The notes: generated by a model not told the origin, from the letters alone. Shown: positions 42,916 through 53,832, numbered from the stretch's first letter. The stretch: DNA of 64,000 bases from an uncultured Methanosarcinaceae archaeon (GCA_963721455.1 CAVRJG010000053.1:128001-192000); one strand, 5' to 3'. Numbers and translations: made by a program.

Positions 42916-44425
42916 CCAGCTCCAGCCCCCTCAGGAAAGTCCCTGCAGTTAACGTGTCCCCGAGCCCGACCGTGGTTAAAGGAGATCTGGAAAGCAGTGT
43001 AGGAATCATGCAGATAACATATCCTCCCCTAAAAGCATAAGCGCCCTGCCCGAAAGTTTCCCCATGAAATGTTTTAAGGAAAAGCTGAAGCTGCTCTCTT
43101 CCAAACAGGCTTTCCTGAAGCTTCGAAGCTTCCTCTTCCACAAACTCCCGCCCTTCAAGCCTGCCTGAAGCTGCATATGCTCCTGCACACCTGACTCCGA
43201 ACCCCAGGGCTTCAAGCTTTTCTCCAGCTATCTTTTGCAGGATTGAGCTTTCCATATCTTCCAAATCCCCTGAGACCCGGAGATCTATAGAGCTTTCAGA
43301 GTTCGGTTTAGAATCAGGTTTAGATTCCGGTTTAGAATCAGGTTTAGATTCCGGTTTAGATGATTAATCCGGTTTAAACACGGTCAGCGCAAATTCCCTT
43401 GTATGGATAAGGAGCTTTTTGAGCCCGTACCGCGAAGCAAGCCTGCATGCCGCGTTTCCTGCAGCTTCCGCTTCCATGCGCAGAAGGCCTTCTGCAGGAA
43501 TTCCGTGTAAATGATGAAGCATTGCGAGTTCGTCTTCGTTCATTCCCATGCTGTCGGAAATAGCTGCAAAATCCAGGAAGACCGAATTTGCAATCTCTTT
43601 GCTTGCAAAGTGCCCGAATTCCAGGTGAACCTGAAGTTTATCGTTTGCGGCTTTCCAGCGCCTGAGCTGGGAAAGGGAATTTTCAAGGACCGTTTTATAG
43701 CTGCTGCCGTCAGGATAGCTCTCAAGCAGAAGATGAAAACCCGATATGAGCACACCATCAATCTCGCAGGCATGCTGAAGGGCGTACCGCTCAAATGCAG
43801 GATTGACAAAGAGCCTGAGGTTTAAATGGTCGCAGGTTGCTATGAAGCGGTTTTCCCTGGGAACTCTGATCTCTGTCCCGTACAGGGAAAAAGTATCCCC
43901 CTCGGAAAAATCAAATACGAAATGTATAGGTTCCTGGCTGCCGGAAACGGTGCCCTTATTTTTTTCAGGTTCAGCCCCTGCATTTTCCGTTATCTGCATG
44001 GGAGCGCCTGGGAAGTAGATTGCTTTTTCTGAGAACAAAGAAAGTTGAGTTTTCGAGGGCACTGCAACATTCGGAATTACCCTGGAAGCCCCTAGCTGGG
44101 AAAGGGCATTTGCCATTATTCCGGCGTTTCCGCCCATTCTTACGAGGGATTTTTCAAAATAACGGGTTTTAAGAAATTCGAAAACGGACTGCTCAAAAAC
44201 AAGCCACTCGGCTCCGCACCCGTTTTTCATGCAATAGGCAAGTCCTGCCACAAAATCAGATTCTGAAAGTATTTTTCCGGGGGGATTTTCTATTTTTTCA
44301 AGGATTTCAGCTGTCTCGAAGGTTTCCAGCAGTTCCGAAACCTCGGCTCCGCTGACCCTGTATACAGAGTCTATGTTGACATTATATCCGCAAAGTATAT
44401 TCATCTGACCAGTTCCTGTATCCAT
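42902..44425 (-). pseudogene. ADP-dependent glucokinase/phosphofructokinase-family gene with in-frame TAA at 43364-43366
   Basis: GYNVNID, RMGGNAGIMAN, HLEFG, GMNEDEL; after TAA the same frame continues to TTVGLGDTLTAG. Confidence 0.85.
43304..43378 (-). repeat. Coding 12-bp tandem repeat (SKP[D/E/N])
   Basis: TCTAAACCGGAA / TCTAAACCTGAT units. Confidence 0.85.
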
Positions 44426-44460
44426 GGAATGAGAAGCCTCAAGATCAAATGAGAGAGAAT

Positions 44461-45937
44461 TTATTCTCCTGCCCGATTCTGCTTCATTCTCGCAAGCATG
44501 GCTGCGAAAGCTCCTGCCGAGATTGCATCCCCTATCCCGACTGTAGCTTTGGGCTTATCGACCACTTTGGAAGGAATAAGAACTGCATCATGGTCCGGCC
44601 CGTAGAGATATCCGTATTCGAACTCTTCAGGAGTACAGAGCTTTCTCCCTGTGCAGTAGAGCTGGAAGTTTTCCAGGTCTTCGAGTCCTTTACTTGAAAC
44701 AGGAACCTCCAGCCCGGCTTCTGCTTCCGCAAGGTTCTCGATTTTTCCGTTGAGGGCTTTGGCAGCGGCCAGGGTTGAAGAAAATAGCAGGGAGTCCCTG
44801 TGTTCCTTAAGCGTAAGAGGGTGGCCTTTTGCCAGGATACAGATGTAAAAACCAAGAGAATGCACATGGACTCTTTCAAGCGAGAGGTCCTTTAAAAGCT
44901 GGACAGCTCCCTGGTAAAGAGACATTATCCCGTTTTCTTCTTTCCTGATTACGGAATAAGAGAGCTCCTCATGTCCCAGTACATTCAGGGCATTTGCAAC
45001 CTCCACGGTATCAAGGCCCAGGGAATGGACATGTTTGGCAACAATTTCTGTCAGGATAGCCTTTCGTATAAGCCGGTTCTGGATGGATGTGAGTTCCACA
45101 TGGATGCGGAGTTCAGGATTTAAGGATTTTAGTTTCTCAATAACTTTTACGGAGTTTGCAACATGGTCATTATATGTAGATCCGTCCTCGTATTGCTCCT
45201 TTATCATCTGGTAACCTGAAAGCATTGCCCCGTCAATCGGGAGAAGCGAGTCAAGTTGTTCGTAGACTTCCCTGTCCATATCCAGACGGAGCCATTTAGG
45301 GCGGGAGGAAATTATCAGGCGGTTATCTCTCGGCACCTTGAATTTGTTTCCATTGCAGGTTACTTCCAGGTCTTTGGAATACTCAAGGATCCAGTTGACT
45401 TTTGACTCGATTCCGGGTTTGAAGGCTCTCCTGCGGGCGCTTCAGAATGACCTTTCCGGCTTCCACCTTCGGGTGCAGAAGATTGTCAGAAGCTACAAAA
45501 TACTCTGCCTGTTCTTCAGAAAGCCAGGGAATATATGCCACTACCTTTTTAAGTCCCAGGCGGGCAAGAAGGTTAGAAATGATCCCTGCCTGGCCGCCCA
45601 TATGCGCATAGTCGAAACCCAGGTTCTCTTTTAGCCATTCATGGGTATCTGAGGTATGGGTAGGGATTTCGGCAGCTTTTCCCTCTCGCATTGAAATAAG
45701 CAGGCGAGCCATGAAATCCAGAGGGTCCTTTATTTCCCTCGGATATGTTTCAATCCTCCCTTGAATTTCAGCCTCGTTAAAAAGTCCTATAAGCCTGGAC
45801 AGGTCTTTGTCTGTAAGGTGCTTGATAGCATCGATATTGCTGTTATAAGCTACAAACATACCTTCCAGATAGGGGAGGGCTTCTTTTACATTGTAAAAAG
45901 CATCGGTGTGGCGCTGTTCCCATTCTTGTATATCCAC
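44461..45937 (-). pseudogene. pfkC: ADP-specific phosphofructokinase, frameshifted (~45428)
   Basis: AYNSNIDA and MGGQAGIISN in the first ORF; NRLIISSRP and TVGIGDAISAGAF in the second; one extra A in CAG GAG A GCC. Confidence 0.8.
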
Positions 45938-46158
45938 TTAATAAACCCCCTGGAAATATATATCTGAATCAAAAAATAATTATCAGAAATTAGGGGAAAA
46001 TCCGGGTTTTGATTTTCCCGGAGTTATCTTGCTTATGTTCCCTCTATTTTCTTTTAAGTTCATTTTATTTAGCTTTGTTCAAATGCAGCCTGAAGTGAAG
46101 CTAGCCTGTATCTGATATCAAGGTGTGCGAATCCTGAATTAAGAGATATAAGCCCGCA

Positions 46159-47346
46159 TTAAGTCGTATACTCGGCATTGATCCTGACGTAGTCATAAGT
46201 CAGGTCGCAACCCCACGCAGTTGCCTTTTCCTCCCCCATGTCAAGGTCAAGGGTAATGACGATTTCCTCATTTGCCATGATCTTTTTCAGAAGCGCAAGG
46301 TCAGAAGAACCGGAAATCTCGCCGGATTTTACAAGTTTGACCTCTTCTCCTCCTCCTGAAAAAGAAAGAGAAAGCCTTTCCTGCTCAAGTTCTGCACCTG
46401 AGTAACCTGCAGCAGCTACGACCCTGCCCCAGTTGGGGTCCTTTCCGAAGATTGCGGACTTGACCAGAGGAGAACGCACAATAGCTTTTGCAGCAAGCCT
46501 TGCATCCCCATATGTTTTTGCGCCCACTACCCTTGCTTCGATAAGTTTTGTAGCCCCTTCTCCATCTTTCGCCATTTTCTTTGCAAGGTCCGTAAGTACG
46601 TAAATCAGCCCTTCCTCAAAATCATCCAGGCAATCCATGCAGGGCTTGACTCCTGACTTGCAGGTGGAGGTGAGAAGTACCATGTCGTTCGTGCTTGTGT
46701 CCCCGTCCACCACAACCATATTGAAAGTTTTATCCACTGCTATTCTGAGAGCCGCATCCAGGACATCTGCAGGCACTTTTGCGTCGGTATATGCAAAACA
46801 CAGCATAGTTCCCATATTTGGCTCGATCATCCCTGAACCTTTAGCAATTGCACCTATCCTGATCCCGCAGTCCATCTCAATAGCTACTTCTTTTACGGCC
46901 TTATCAGTGGTCATGATCGCCTTTGCAGCTTCGTGGCTGCACTCAGGGGAACTGCCCAGCCCTTCAAGGACTTCAGGAAGGTGTTCCCTGATCCAGGAGA
47001 CATCAAGCCTTCTGCCAATTACTCCTGTTGAGGCAACAGCAACAGTATCAGCATCAAGGTCAAGCTTTTCGGCAAGCATTGATGCCATCTCCATAGCATC
47101 AAGAAAACCGTCATCCCCTGTAAAGGCATTGGCATTGCCACTGTTTGCGATTACAGCCGAAAGATGGTGCTGGGTTTCGATCACTTCTTTGCTCAGGGTA
47201 ATCGGGGCTGCAGTCACCTTGTTCTTCGTAAAGACGCCTGCCGCAGGACCTTTCGCAAGAATGACCGTGATTCCCATTTTTCCAGCCTTAATCCCGTTTG
47301 CGGATACACCCCTTACCGCACAGATTCCACCTTCAATTTGCTTCAT
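46159..47346 (-). CDS. argJ: Ornithine acetyltransferase / N-acetylglutamate synthase
   Basis: NSGNANAFTG, STGVIG, IMTTD, KGSGMIEPNMGTML, DTSTND, DGEGATK. Confidence 0.97.
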   Translation of the reverse strand: MKQIEGGICAVRGVSANGIKAGKMGITVILAKGPAAGVFTKNKVTAAPITLSKEVIETQHHLSAVIANSGNANAFTGDDGFLDAMEMASMLAEKLDLDADTVAVASTGVIGRRLDVSWIREHLPEVLEGLGSSPECSHEAAKAIMTTDKAVKEVAIEMDCGIRIGAIAKGSGMIEPNMGTMLCFAYTDAKVPADVLDAALRIAVDKTFNMVVVDGDTSTNDMVLLTSTCKSGVKPCMDCLDDFEEGLIYVLTDLAKKMAKDGEGATKLIEARVVGAKTYGDARLAAKAIVRSPLVKSAIFGKDPNWGRVVAAAGYSGAELEQERLSLSFSGGGEEVKLVKSGEISGSSDLALLKKIMANEEIVITLDLDMGEEKATAWGCDLTYDYVRINAEYTT

Positions 47347-47364
47347 GAAAACTCTCCTTTTCCT

Positions 47365-47829
47365 TCAGAGCTTTGCAAGACCCTCAATAATATCGCCGCG
47401 AGTAACAATTCCTACAACGTGGTTGTTTTCAGTTACAGGAAGCCTGTTAATCCTGTGCCTGATCATATGCTCGGAGGCTTCTTCTACGGATGCTTCGGAA
47501 GGGATCGTGTGCACATCCTCTGTCATGATCTCTTTTATCCTTGTAGAACCCACATCAGAAAGCATCTTCTTTGTATCCTCCCAGCCAAGGAGTTCCCTGA
47601 TAGGAACTTCTATAACCTCAAAGGGGCTTGGAAGCCAGAGTTCCCCTTTTTCGGGGAGTATCAGCAGTTTCAGCAGATCCGCTTCACTTATTATTCCCAC
47701 AAGCTCTTCGCCTTCAAGAACAGGAGCACCACTGATACTGTTTTCCTTTAAGATTTTTGCAGCTTCCCGGACTGTATCGTCAGGCTTGCAGAAAACAACG
47801 TTAGGGTTCATGACATCTTTTACTTTCAT
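47365..47829 (-). CDS. CBS-domain protein
   Basis: Two CBS repeats (ISGAPV..LVGIISEADL; INRLPV..VVGIVTRGDI). Confidence 0.92.
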   Translation of the reverse strand: MKVKDVMNPNVVFCKPDDTVREAAKILKENSISGAPVLEGEELVGIISEADLLKLLILPEKGELWLPSPFEVIEVPIRELLGWEDTKKMLSDVGSTRIKEIMTEDVHTIPSEASVEEASEHMIRHRINRLPVTENNHVVGIVTRGDIIEGLAKL

Positions 47830-47903
47830 CTGACTACCCCTTGAGATAAATTTTATTCTTTACTTTAATCCGTCACCAGTTATATGTTCTCGCCTATCCA
47901 GGT

Positions 47904-48920
47904 TTAAGGAGCTGCCGCAGGCAGCCAGAGCCCAAGTGTTTCATCCAGCCCGAACATGAGGTTCATATTCTGGATAGCCTGTCCTGATGCACCTTTTACC
48001 AGGTTATCGATTGCCGAGAGCACTACAACCCTGTTATTTTCTTTATCCGCTTCAAAGCTTATGTCGCAGAAGTTAGAGCCCCTGACTGCGGTAAGGGAAG
48101 GAACTCCTGAAGAAGGAAACCTGATAAACGGCCTGTCCCTGTAAAAGTCTTCATAAATAGTCTTTAAGTCGTCTGTGGAAAGAGGCTCCTTTGTAAAGAG
48201 GTGAGCCGTTGTAAAGATGCCCCTGATAGAAGGGATCACGTGAGGAGTAAAATTGATGTTTCGAAGCTTTCCGTCCAGCCTCGTCAGCTCCTGGATGATT
48301 TCAGCCCTGTGCCTGTGGGATGTGAGCTTGTACGGGAGGATATTTTCCGCAAGGTTCGGGTAATGGGAACTCTCAGTAGGTGAGATGCCAGCCCCTGAAA
48401 TCCCGGTTTTGGAGTCAAAAATCGCAATGTCGATAATCCCTGCTGCTGCAAGGGGAGCTGCTGCAAGGATTGCACCGGTAGGAAAGCATCCGGGGTTTGC
48501 TACAAGGTCCTCTTCTGCAGCTTCCGGGTGAAGCTCTACAAGCCCGTAAGCTGCATCCCTTGGATCGCTGTGTTTCATCCCATAAATTTTTTCAAACTCT
48601 GACGTTTCAAGCCTGTAGTCCGCGCTAAGATCGATGACCTTCGTGCTGCCGTCAAGCAGTTCAGGGACATAATTCATGGCAGATCCGTGCGGCACTGCTA
48701 GAAAAACCACGTCACAGCGCTCCCTGATATCTTCAACATCAGGATTCCCATATTTGAGGTCCAGAAAACCTTCAAGATGCCTGTGAGTGCTTGTTACGGG
48801 CTTCCCTGCAAGATTTCGGGAGGTTGCCAGCTCCAGCTTAACATTTGGGTGGTTCACGAGCAAGCGCAGGAGTTCTCCTCCTGTGTATCCTGAAGCTCCT
48901 ATTATTCCAGCCTTGATCAT
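47904..48920 (-). CDS. argC: N-acetyl-gamma-glutamyl-phosphate reductase
   Basis: GASGYTGGEL, DLSADYRL, ANPGCFPT, DNLVKGASGQA. Confidence 0.97.
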   Translation of the reverse strand: MIKAGIIGASGYTGGELLRLLVNHPNVKLELATSRNLAGKPVTSTHRHLEGFLDLKYGNPDVEDIRERCDVVFLAVPHGSAMNYVPELLDGSTKVIDLSADYRLETSEFEKIYGMKHSDPRDAAYGLVELHPEAAEEDLVANPGCFPTGAILAAAPLAAAGIIDIAIFDSKTGISGAGISPTESSHYPNLAENILPYKLTSHRHRAEIIQELTRLDGKLRNINFTPHVIPSIRGIFTTAHLFTKEPLSTDDLKTIYEDFYRDRPFIRFPSSGVPSLTAVRGSNFCDISFEADKENNRVVVLSAIDNLVKGASGQAIQNMNLMFGLDETLGLWLPAAAP

Positions 48921-49669
48921 AAATATTCACTGCCTGTGTAATATCAATACAAGATAATTAAATTTGTTATAGGAAAATTAAATGAAAATTTATCCAGTCT
49001 CTGATCCATAGCTATGAAATATTCCCGGAAAAATGATTCAGTCAATATAACCATTCATCCTTTATCCTCCAATCTGTTTTTGCAATTACAGCTTCGGACG
49101 TAAATATTTACATTTAATTCACTCAAGATTCTATAACCACAGTCAGCAGAGATGACCTGTGCCCTTATATCCTTTATTCTGTATCTTCCGTTTTATTGCA
49201 ATTCATCTTTTTGTTTGAGATTGACGAAGGAAATCAGGTAATTACCGGAGAAAGCGATTTTCATAACCAGTAAATTCTACGGGAATCTCATGTCAGGAAA
49301 CAGGTCAATGCAGGTAGCCCGCTTTAATTGGGAAGCGGAAATTTGCTTTTCAGGCTTCAATAAACACGCTGAGAAGTCACTGAACACCTGGAGTATCTCA
49401 TTAACCGGAACCCGACCTTTTCATCCGGGAATTCCAGTATGGGAAAATTCTGTCTGTTACCTTACTCCCCAGGTTAAAGATCACATTTTTAATATTTAGA
49501 CAGTAGAAATTAAATTTTTAGATATATAAGTATATCCACACCGGCTTTACTCAGGCGCAGAGTGCTGGAAAAAGTTGCTGTTTACAGGTAAACTATTTCA
49601 CCTTTAGAACAGCTTTTACTGTAAGAAAATTTTATTAGGTATAACCTCTGAAGTGACAGGAAGAAAAAC

Positions 49670-50092
49670 ATGAACAAAAAAAAGATAATTTACCTTGCAG
49701 GCCCCCTTTTCACCCATGCGGAACTCGAATACAACCGTAAACTGAAGGATATGCTTCTCAAGAAAGGTTTTTCAGTCTTTTTGCCCCAGGAAGACGCAGA
49801 AGATGCCGCAGATGAGCGCGAAAAACAAAATCAGGAGTGCATTTTCAGGAAATGCGTTGAAGGTGTGGACAATTCGGATATTGTAGTTGCGGTTCTTGAC
49901 GGTGTGGATGTGGACTCAGGGACTGCCTGGGAGATCGGCTATGCCTACGCCAGAGGAAAACCCATCATAGGGCTTCGGACCGATTTCAGGTCCCTGTCGG
50001 ACGGGATAGTTAACCTGATGGTTGAGATGGCAATAGTCGCCCTTGCCAGAGATGAAGAAGAACTGCTCAAAATAATGGAAAAATACCGGTAA
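49670..50092 (+). CDS. Nucleoside 2-deoxyribosyltransferase-family protein
   Basis: IYLAGPLF, VFLPQE, DSGTAWEIGYA, NLM. Confidence 0.9.
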   Translation: MNKKKIIYLAGPLFTHAELEYNRKLKDMLLKKGFSVFLPQEDAEDAADEREKQNQECIFRKCVEGVDNSDIVVAVLDGVDVDSGTAWEIGYAYARGKPIIGLRTDFRSLSDGIVNLMVEMAIVALARDEEELLKIMEKYR

Positions 50093-50184
50093 CTTTTGGT
50101 CTTTTATTCTGTTTTTCCAATCGCAGCTTACTCTTAAAGGGTAAGTTTCTAAGTTTCAAATAAAGAAAATGGAGGAAGTTGGCG

Positions 50185-50296
50185 CTTATATCCCCTAGGC
50201 TAAATACCTAGGGGTTTTACGCTTCTTTCTATCAAAAATCTTCCTGCCATTCACTTATACGAAAAAATGGGCTTTCGGACAATTAAAGACGTAAAT
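50185..50296 (+). other. Solo GC hairpin resembling an IS200/IS605 end, followed by a GNAT C-terminal fragment
   Basis: CCCCTAGG-CTAAATA-CCTAGGGG-TTTTACG; 50234-50296 translates KNLPAIHLYEKMGFRTIKDVN. Confidence 0.5.
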
Positions 50297-50302
50297 TTTC
50301 AT

Positions 50303-51022
50303 TCAATCTGTAATCAATCTTTCATCCCTTACATCCGGTTCTGAACCTGAGCTAGGAGGGGTTAACCTTACAATCATCTCATTGTAGTCTTCGTCTCCTC
50401 CTTCATACCAGCCTTCTGCCATTATGAAATAGTTGGTTCCTAAGTTAGGAATATTTACTTTAGCAACTATTATATGCGGGATGTTGTCAGTGTTCAATCG
50501 CTTTTCGCTGAAATAAAGTCCTCCAATACTCCTGCTCCAGCTTACAGGCTCATTAAACGATATTCCAAAGTCGTCAGAGGTTTGAGGGTCCTGGTCTCTT
50601 GTATCAAAGGTTTTAGAAGAACCTACTTTATCGGGGCCATTAAACATCTCAAATAATGCACCACATCCATTTGGATGATCACCGGGGTAATAAAAGCTCA
50701 TCTCACTTTTATCTAAGTTACTGCTCTCCTCCATCAATATAGTTGCAGTATATTTTCCTCCTGGTATTATTTGTACATTCGATATCTGAGATGCACTTAA
50801 TTTGTATTCAGGAATGAAGTTACTTATCATCTGAACTTCATAATCAGAAACATCTGGTGTGTCGTCTACTGGAGTTAAAGGTGATGTTTGTGCTACAGAT
50901 CCTGGTATCGATACTATTGCAATCATGACAACGACTAGTGCCATGGCAATTGTACCGATTTTATTTATTTGTTTAATTTTCATATTAGTTACCTCTGTAT
51001 CAATATATATTTTCGAGTTCAT
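50303..51022 (-). CDS. Secreted hypothetical protein
   Basis: Signal-like hydrophobic N-terminus (likely start MKIKQINK); acidic beta-rich body ending EGGDEDYNEMIV. Confidence 0.7.
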   Translation of the reverse strand: MNSKIYIDTEVTNMKIKQINKIGTIAMALVVVMIAIVSIPGSVAQTSPLTPVDDTPDVSDYEVQMISNFIPEYKLSASQISNVQIIPGGKYTATILMEESSNLDKSEMSFYYPGDHPNGCGALFEMFNGPDKVGSSKTFDTRDQDPQTSDDFGISFNEPVSWSRSIGGLYFSEKRLNTDNIPHIIVAKVNIPNLGTNYFIMAEGWYEGGDEDYNEMIVRLTPPSSGSEPDVRDERLITD

Positions 51023-51110
51023 ATTTACTTTTATATACTTGATTTAATTATATAGCGAATTTTTCCGAAATTCAGGTACATATGACCTTATATGCTAGTA
51101 CTATATCCCG

Positions 51111-51222
51111 TAGGACTTACCACTCTATGTATAAAATCAAGTACATTAAACATTATGGAATTATATTTTGGACATTTAACGGTTTAATGCTACCTTTTTT
51201 CAGTTCATAAACGTAAGTCCTG
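51111..51222. mobile_element. MITE family B, diverged copy
   Basis: TAGGACTTAC...CGTAAGTCCTG ends. Confidence 0.7.
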
Positions 51223-51467
51223 CATAAGTCCCAATACTGACTTTTTACTATTATTCGGGGGATTTTGGATTCCAATCGCTTACTTCACATCCGATTGAAT
51301 TCCAAACATTACAACTTATTAACATACATATAATTTGTATGACCAAAGTATCTAACAATTAACACTTTAATCAACTTTATAAAAATGATGGCAGTGTACC
51401 GAAAGTCCTATAAAATAACAATTATCAAGAAGTTATTGTATAGAAAATTCAAAGGAGTGATAAAGTA

Positions 51468-51854
51468 ATAGCAATCGATGAGAATAAATTTGCTCAGTTA
51501 ATCTATGACACAATGGTGCAGGCATTTACAGCAAGCCCCTCAGGACTACTATCATGCAAGCCAGCCGTGGACCCAGAAGGATTTGTCCTCCTGATGTGGC
51601 CAGTTGAGCCTGTTGATGTAAGCCTTTTTGCAAACCCCTGGAATCCAAACAATCCCGAAGGGTCCAGGCCAAGCGTCGAAAACTTTGCTGACCTTGTGAA
51701 TACAGTTCCCAAAATGGGAGCCGTCTATGCAGACAGTACCCGGAATATGTATAATCTCTATGAACGCCTCTTAAAGGAAGAAGCAGTTGCTGTTGGCATT
51801 ACATTTTTTCTCCATATATTGTTTAAGATAATTTATATTTTATATAATTTTTAA
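51468..51854 (+). pseudogene. Fragment of an unknown gene
   Basis: GGAGTGA RBS precedes ATA GCA ATC GAT... in frame with ORF 51513 (ATG possibly mutated to ATA); coding-like sequence gives way to AT-rich DNA at ~51800. Confidence 0.4.
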
Positions 51855-51884
51855 AGTTGTCTTTGACTCTAATTATTAAAGACC

Positions 51885-52373
51885 TTGGTCAGAAGACTTA
51901 TATGTGGTCTGTCCTCATCTTTTTTGGGTGATATTATAACAACCGGGAATTCAGTAAACTCAGATAAAGAAGTTAATTCGACTTCCACCAAAAAAGAATA
52001 TATTGTTGAACCTTGGACAGATAATCCTCTTAGCACTTGTGTAAATAATTTAATACCTGCAAAGTCAATCAATTCCATCAAAAAAGGGCAGACCATAATT
52101 CATAGTGTGAACGTAGGTTCTGGGGCAAAATCTCTTGAAGTGGATTTGAACTGGGGAGATAAAAATGATGCGCTGAAACTTAGTAGCTATACCCCTTCAG
52201 CAAGCAATCTTGGAACCTACCGTGATAATTCTGACGGAAGTGTAAATGGTAGGATACACATTAGTATATCTCCATCTAATGGATATATGCAACAGGGAAC
52301 CTGGAAGTTCAAGGTATACGGAGAAAAGGTCAGCGGAGGAGAGGATTACACGTTTAATGTATATCAGCATTAA
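51885..52373 (+). CDS. Pre-peptidase C-terminal (PPC)-like domain protein; 5' end probably damaged
   Basis: LEVDLNWGD...L..YTP...GTWKFKVYG pattern; no intact signal peptide. Confidence 0.65.
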   Translation: MVRRLICGLSSSFLGDIITTGNSVNSDKEVNSTSTKKEYIVEPWTDNPLSTCVNNLIPAKSINSIKKGQTIIHSVNVGSGAKSLEVDLNWGDKNDALKLSSYTPSASNLGTYRDNSDGSVNGRIHISISPSNGYMQQGTWKFKVYGEKVSGGEDYTFNVYQH

Positions 52374-53133
52374 ACTTCGAAAAAAGCTTATCCTCTGTTT
52401 ATTATTTTTTCTGTTAACAACAACAGCCGTGGCTACAGAATATACTGTAAAGTCATTTCCAAGTGATCAAGCCGGAGCCTCAATTAACGGAGAAAAGGTG
52501 ATAAAGCTAGAAGACACCGTTATACCCTATTGGCAGTTTCTGTTATGGCTGGCCACAGTGTATGTCTCAACGGCAGTTGACTTACTTTACCCTAAAAAGC
52601 TAGTTTTAACAATAGCCGGATATCGGATTGTAAACCCTGGAAATGTACTTGACAACCCCAGCCGTTTTAGAGTATATGCCTATATCAAAACCAAACCTGG
52701 AGCATATATTAGTGAGATTGTAGAAAAAATAGGCTTAGACAGGGAAACAGTAAAATATCACGTAAAAACCCTTGAAGCTCAGAACAAAATCGAAGTCTAT
52801 AAAAAAGGTGGGAAGACAAGATTCTTCGAAAATAATTTTACTTATAGTCAAGAAGAAATGAAAGTTATTTCTGCTCTTCAAAACGTAACGAATCAAAGAA
52901 TAATTTCAGAAATACTTGCTGGTAAGTGTAATACAAATATAGCTCTTGCACGTGAACTTGGAGTTTCCAGGGCTACAGTCAGCTGGTATATGAAAAATCT
53001 CAGAGAAGTTGACCTTATAATGGAAACAAAAGAAGGAAGACAAACAATTTACAGAATAAATCATGTATATAAACTCCTTGTTGAAAAGTATATTCAGTAT
53101 TTACAGGATTCTTACAATAACAAGTGTATGTAA
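52357..53133 (+). CDS. Membrane-associated double winged-HTH (ArsR-like) regulator
   Basis: Signal/TM N-terminus; PGAYISEIVEKIGLDRETVKYHV and LARELGVSRATVSWYMKNL HTHs. Confidence 0.82.
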   Translation: MYISIKLRKKLILCLLFFLLTTTAVATEYTVKSFPSDQAGASINGEKVIKLEDTVIPYWQFLLWLATVYVSTAVDLLYPKKLVLTIAGYRIVNPGNVLDNPSRFRVYAYIKTKPGAYISEIVEKIGLDRETVKYHVKTLEAQNKIEVYKKGGKTRFFENNFTYSQEEMKVISALQNVTNQRIISEILAGKCNTNIALARELGVSRATVSWYMKNLREVDLIMETKEGRQTIYRINHVYKLLVEKYIQYLQDSYNNKCM

Positions 53134-53320
53134 AGTTATGCTTGTGCATACATCTTGGCAGTTGGCGGATTTTTCTGCAAAATCATAAATATCAATAAGT
53201 TCTCAGGTAGAAAATTTAAGTAAAAATCTCATCTTTTTATAATAATTTGAGAACTAAATACAAAACTTCTATTATACGAAAGTACAGTTTCTAAAAAATC
53301 TGCGTTCTGCTCAAGTGCAT

Positions 53321-53575
53321 TTGCGGTCCTTGACGGCGTGGACGTAGACTCGGGGAACTGCCTGGGAGATCGGCTATGCCTACGCAAAAGGAAAACCTGT
53401 CATAGGGCTTCGGACCGATTTCAGGTCCCTGTCGGACGGGATAGTTAACCTGATGATTGAGATGGCTATAGTCGCCCTTGCCAGAGATGAAGAAGAACTG
53501 CTCAAAATAAGGGAAAAAATATCGGTAACTTCTTGTCGGTTCTGGACCGTGTTTATCCACACGCAACTTATTCTT
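53321..53575 (+). pseudogene. Duplicated 3' half of the deoxyribosyltransferase gene plus downstream flank
   Basis: Direct, slightly diverged repeat of 49887-50135 with small indels. Confidence 0.9.
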
Positions 53576-53832
53576 TGAGGTAATTTAATTTCTTTACGGA
53601 TATGCTTATAATTTAATTTTAAGTGATATAGCCTGTTAACTGGGTTATAAAAATAGCATTTATGTTTGTAAAGTTTTTAAAACTTCTTTTTTTAATTGAA
53701 TGTATAATTATATCTCAATAGAGATAAGTCTGAGAACATATTCAATTACAGAAGCCATAATATGTAATGATTATTAAGTAAAAAAATATTGATATGGAAT
53801 GCCAGACATAATAACTAGTGGAGGTTAAAAAA

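Noticed and set aside
43364-43366. Pyrrolysine read-through in the ADP-kinase gene
   Set aside because: The stop is TAA, not TAG; no convincing in-frame TAG read-through case was seen elsewhere in the window
46637-47833. 398-aa plus-strand ORF and similar long antisense ORFs (20541-21233, 24054-24545, 39635-40219, 5907-6368)
   Set aside because: Antisense shadows of well-supported genes, with no motifs of their own
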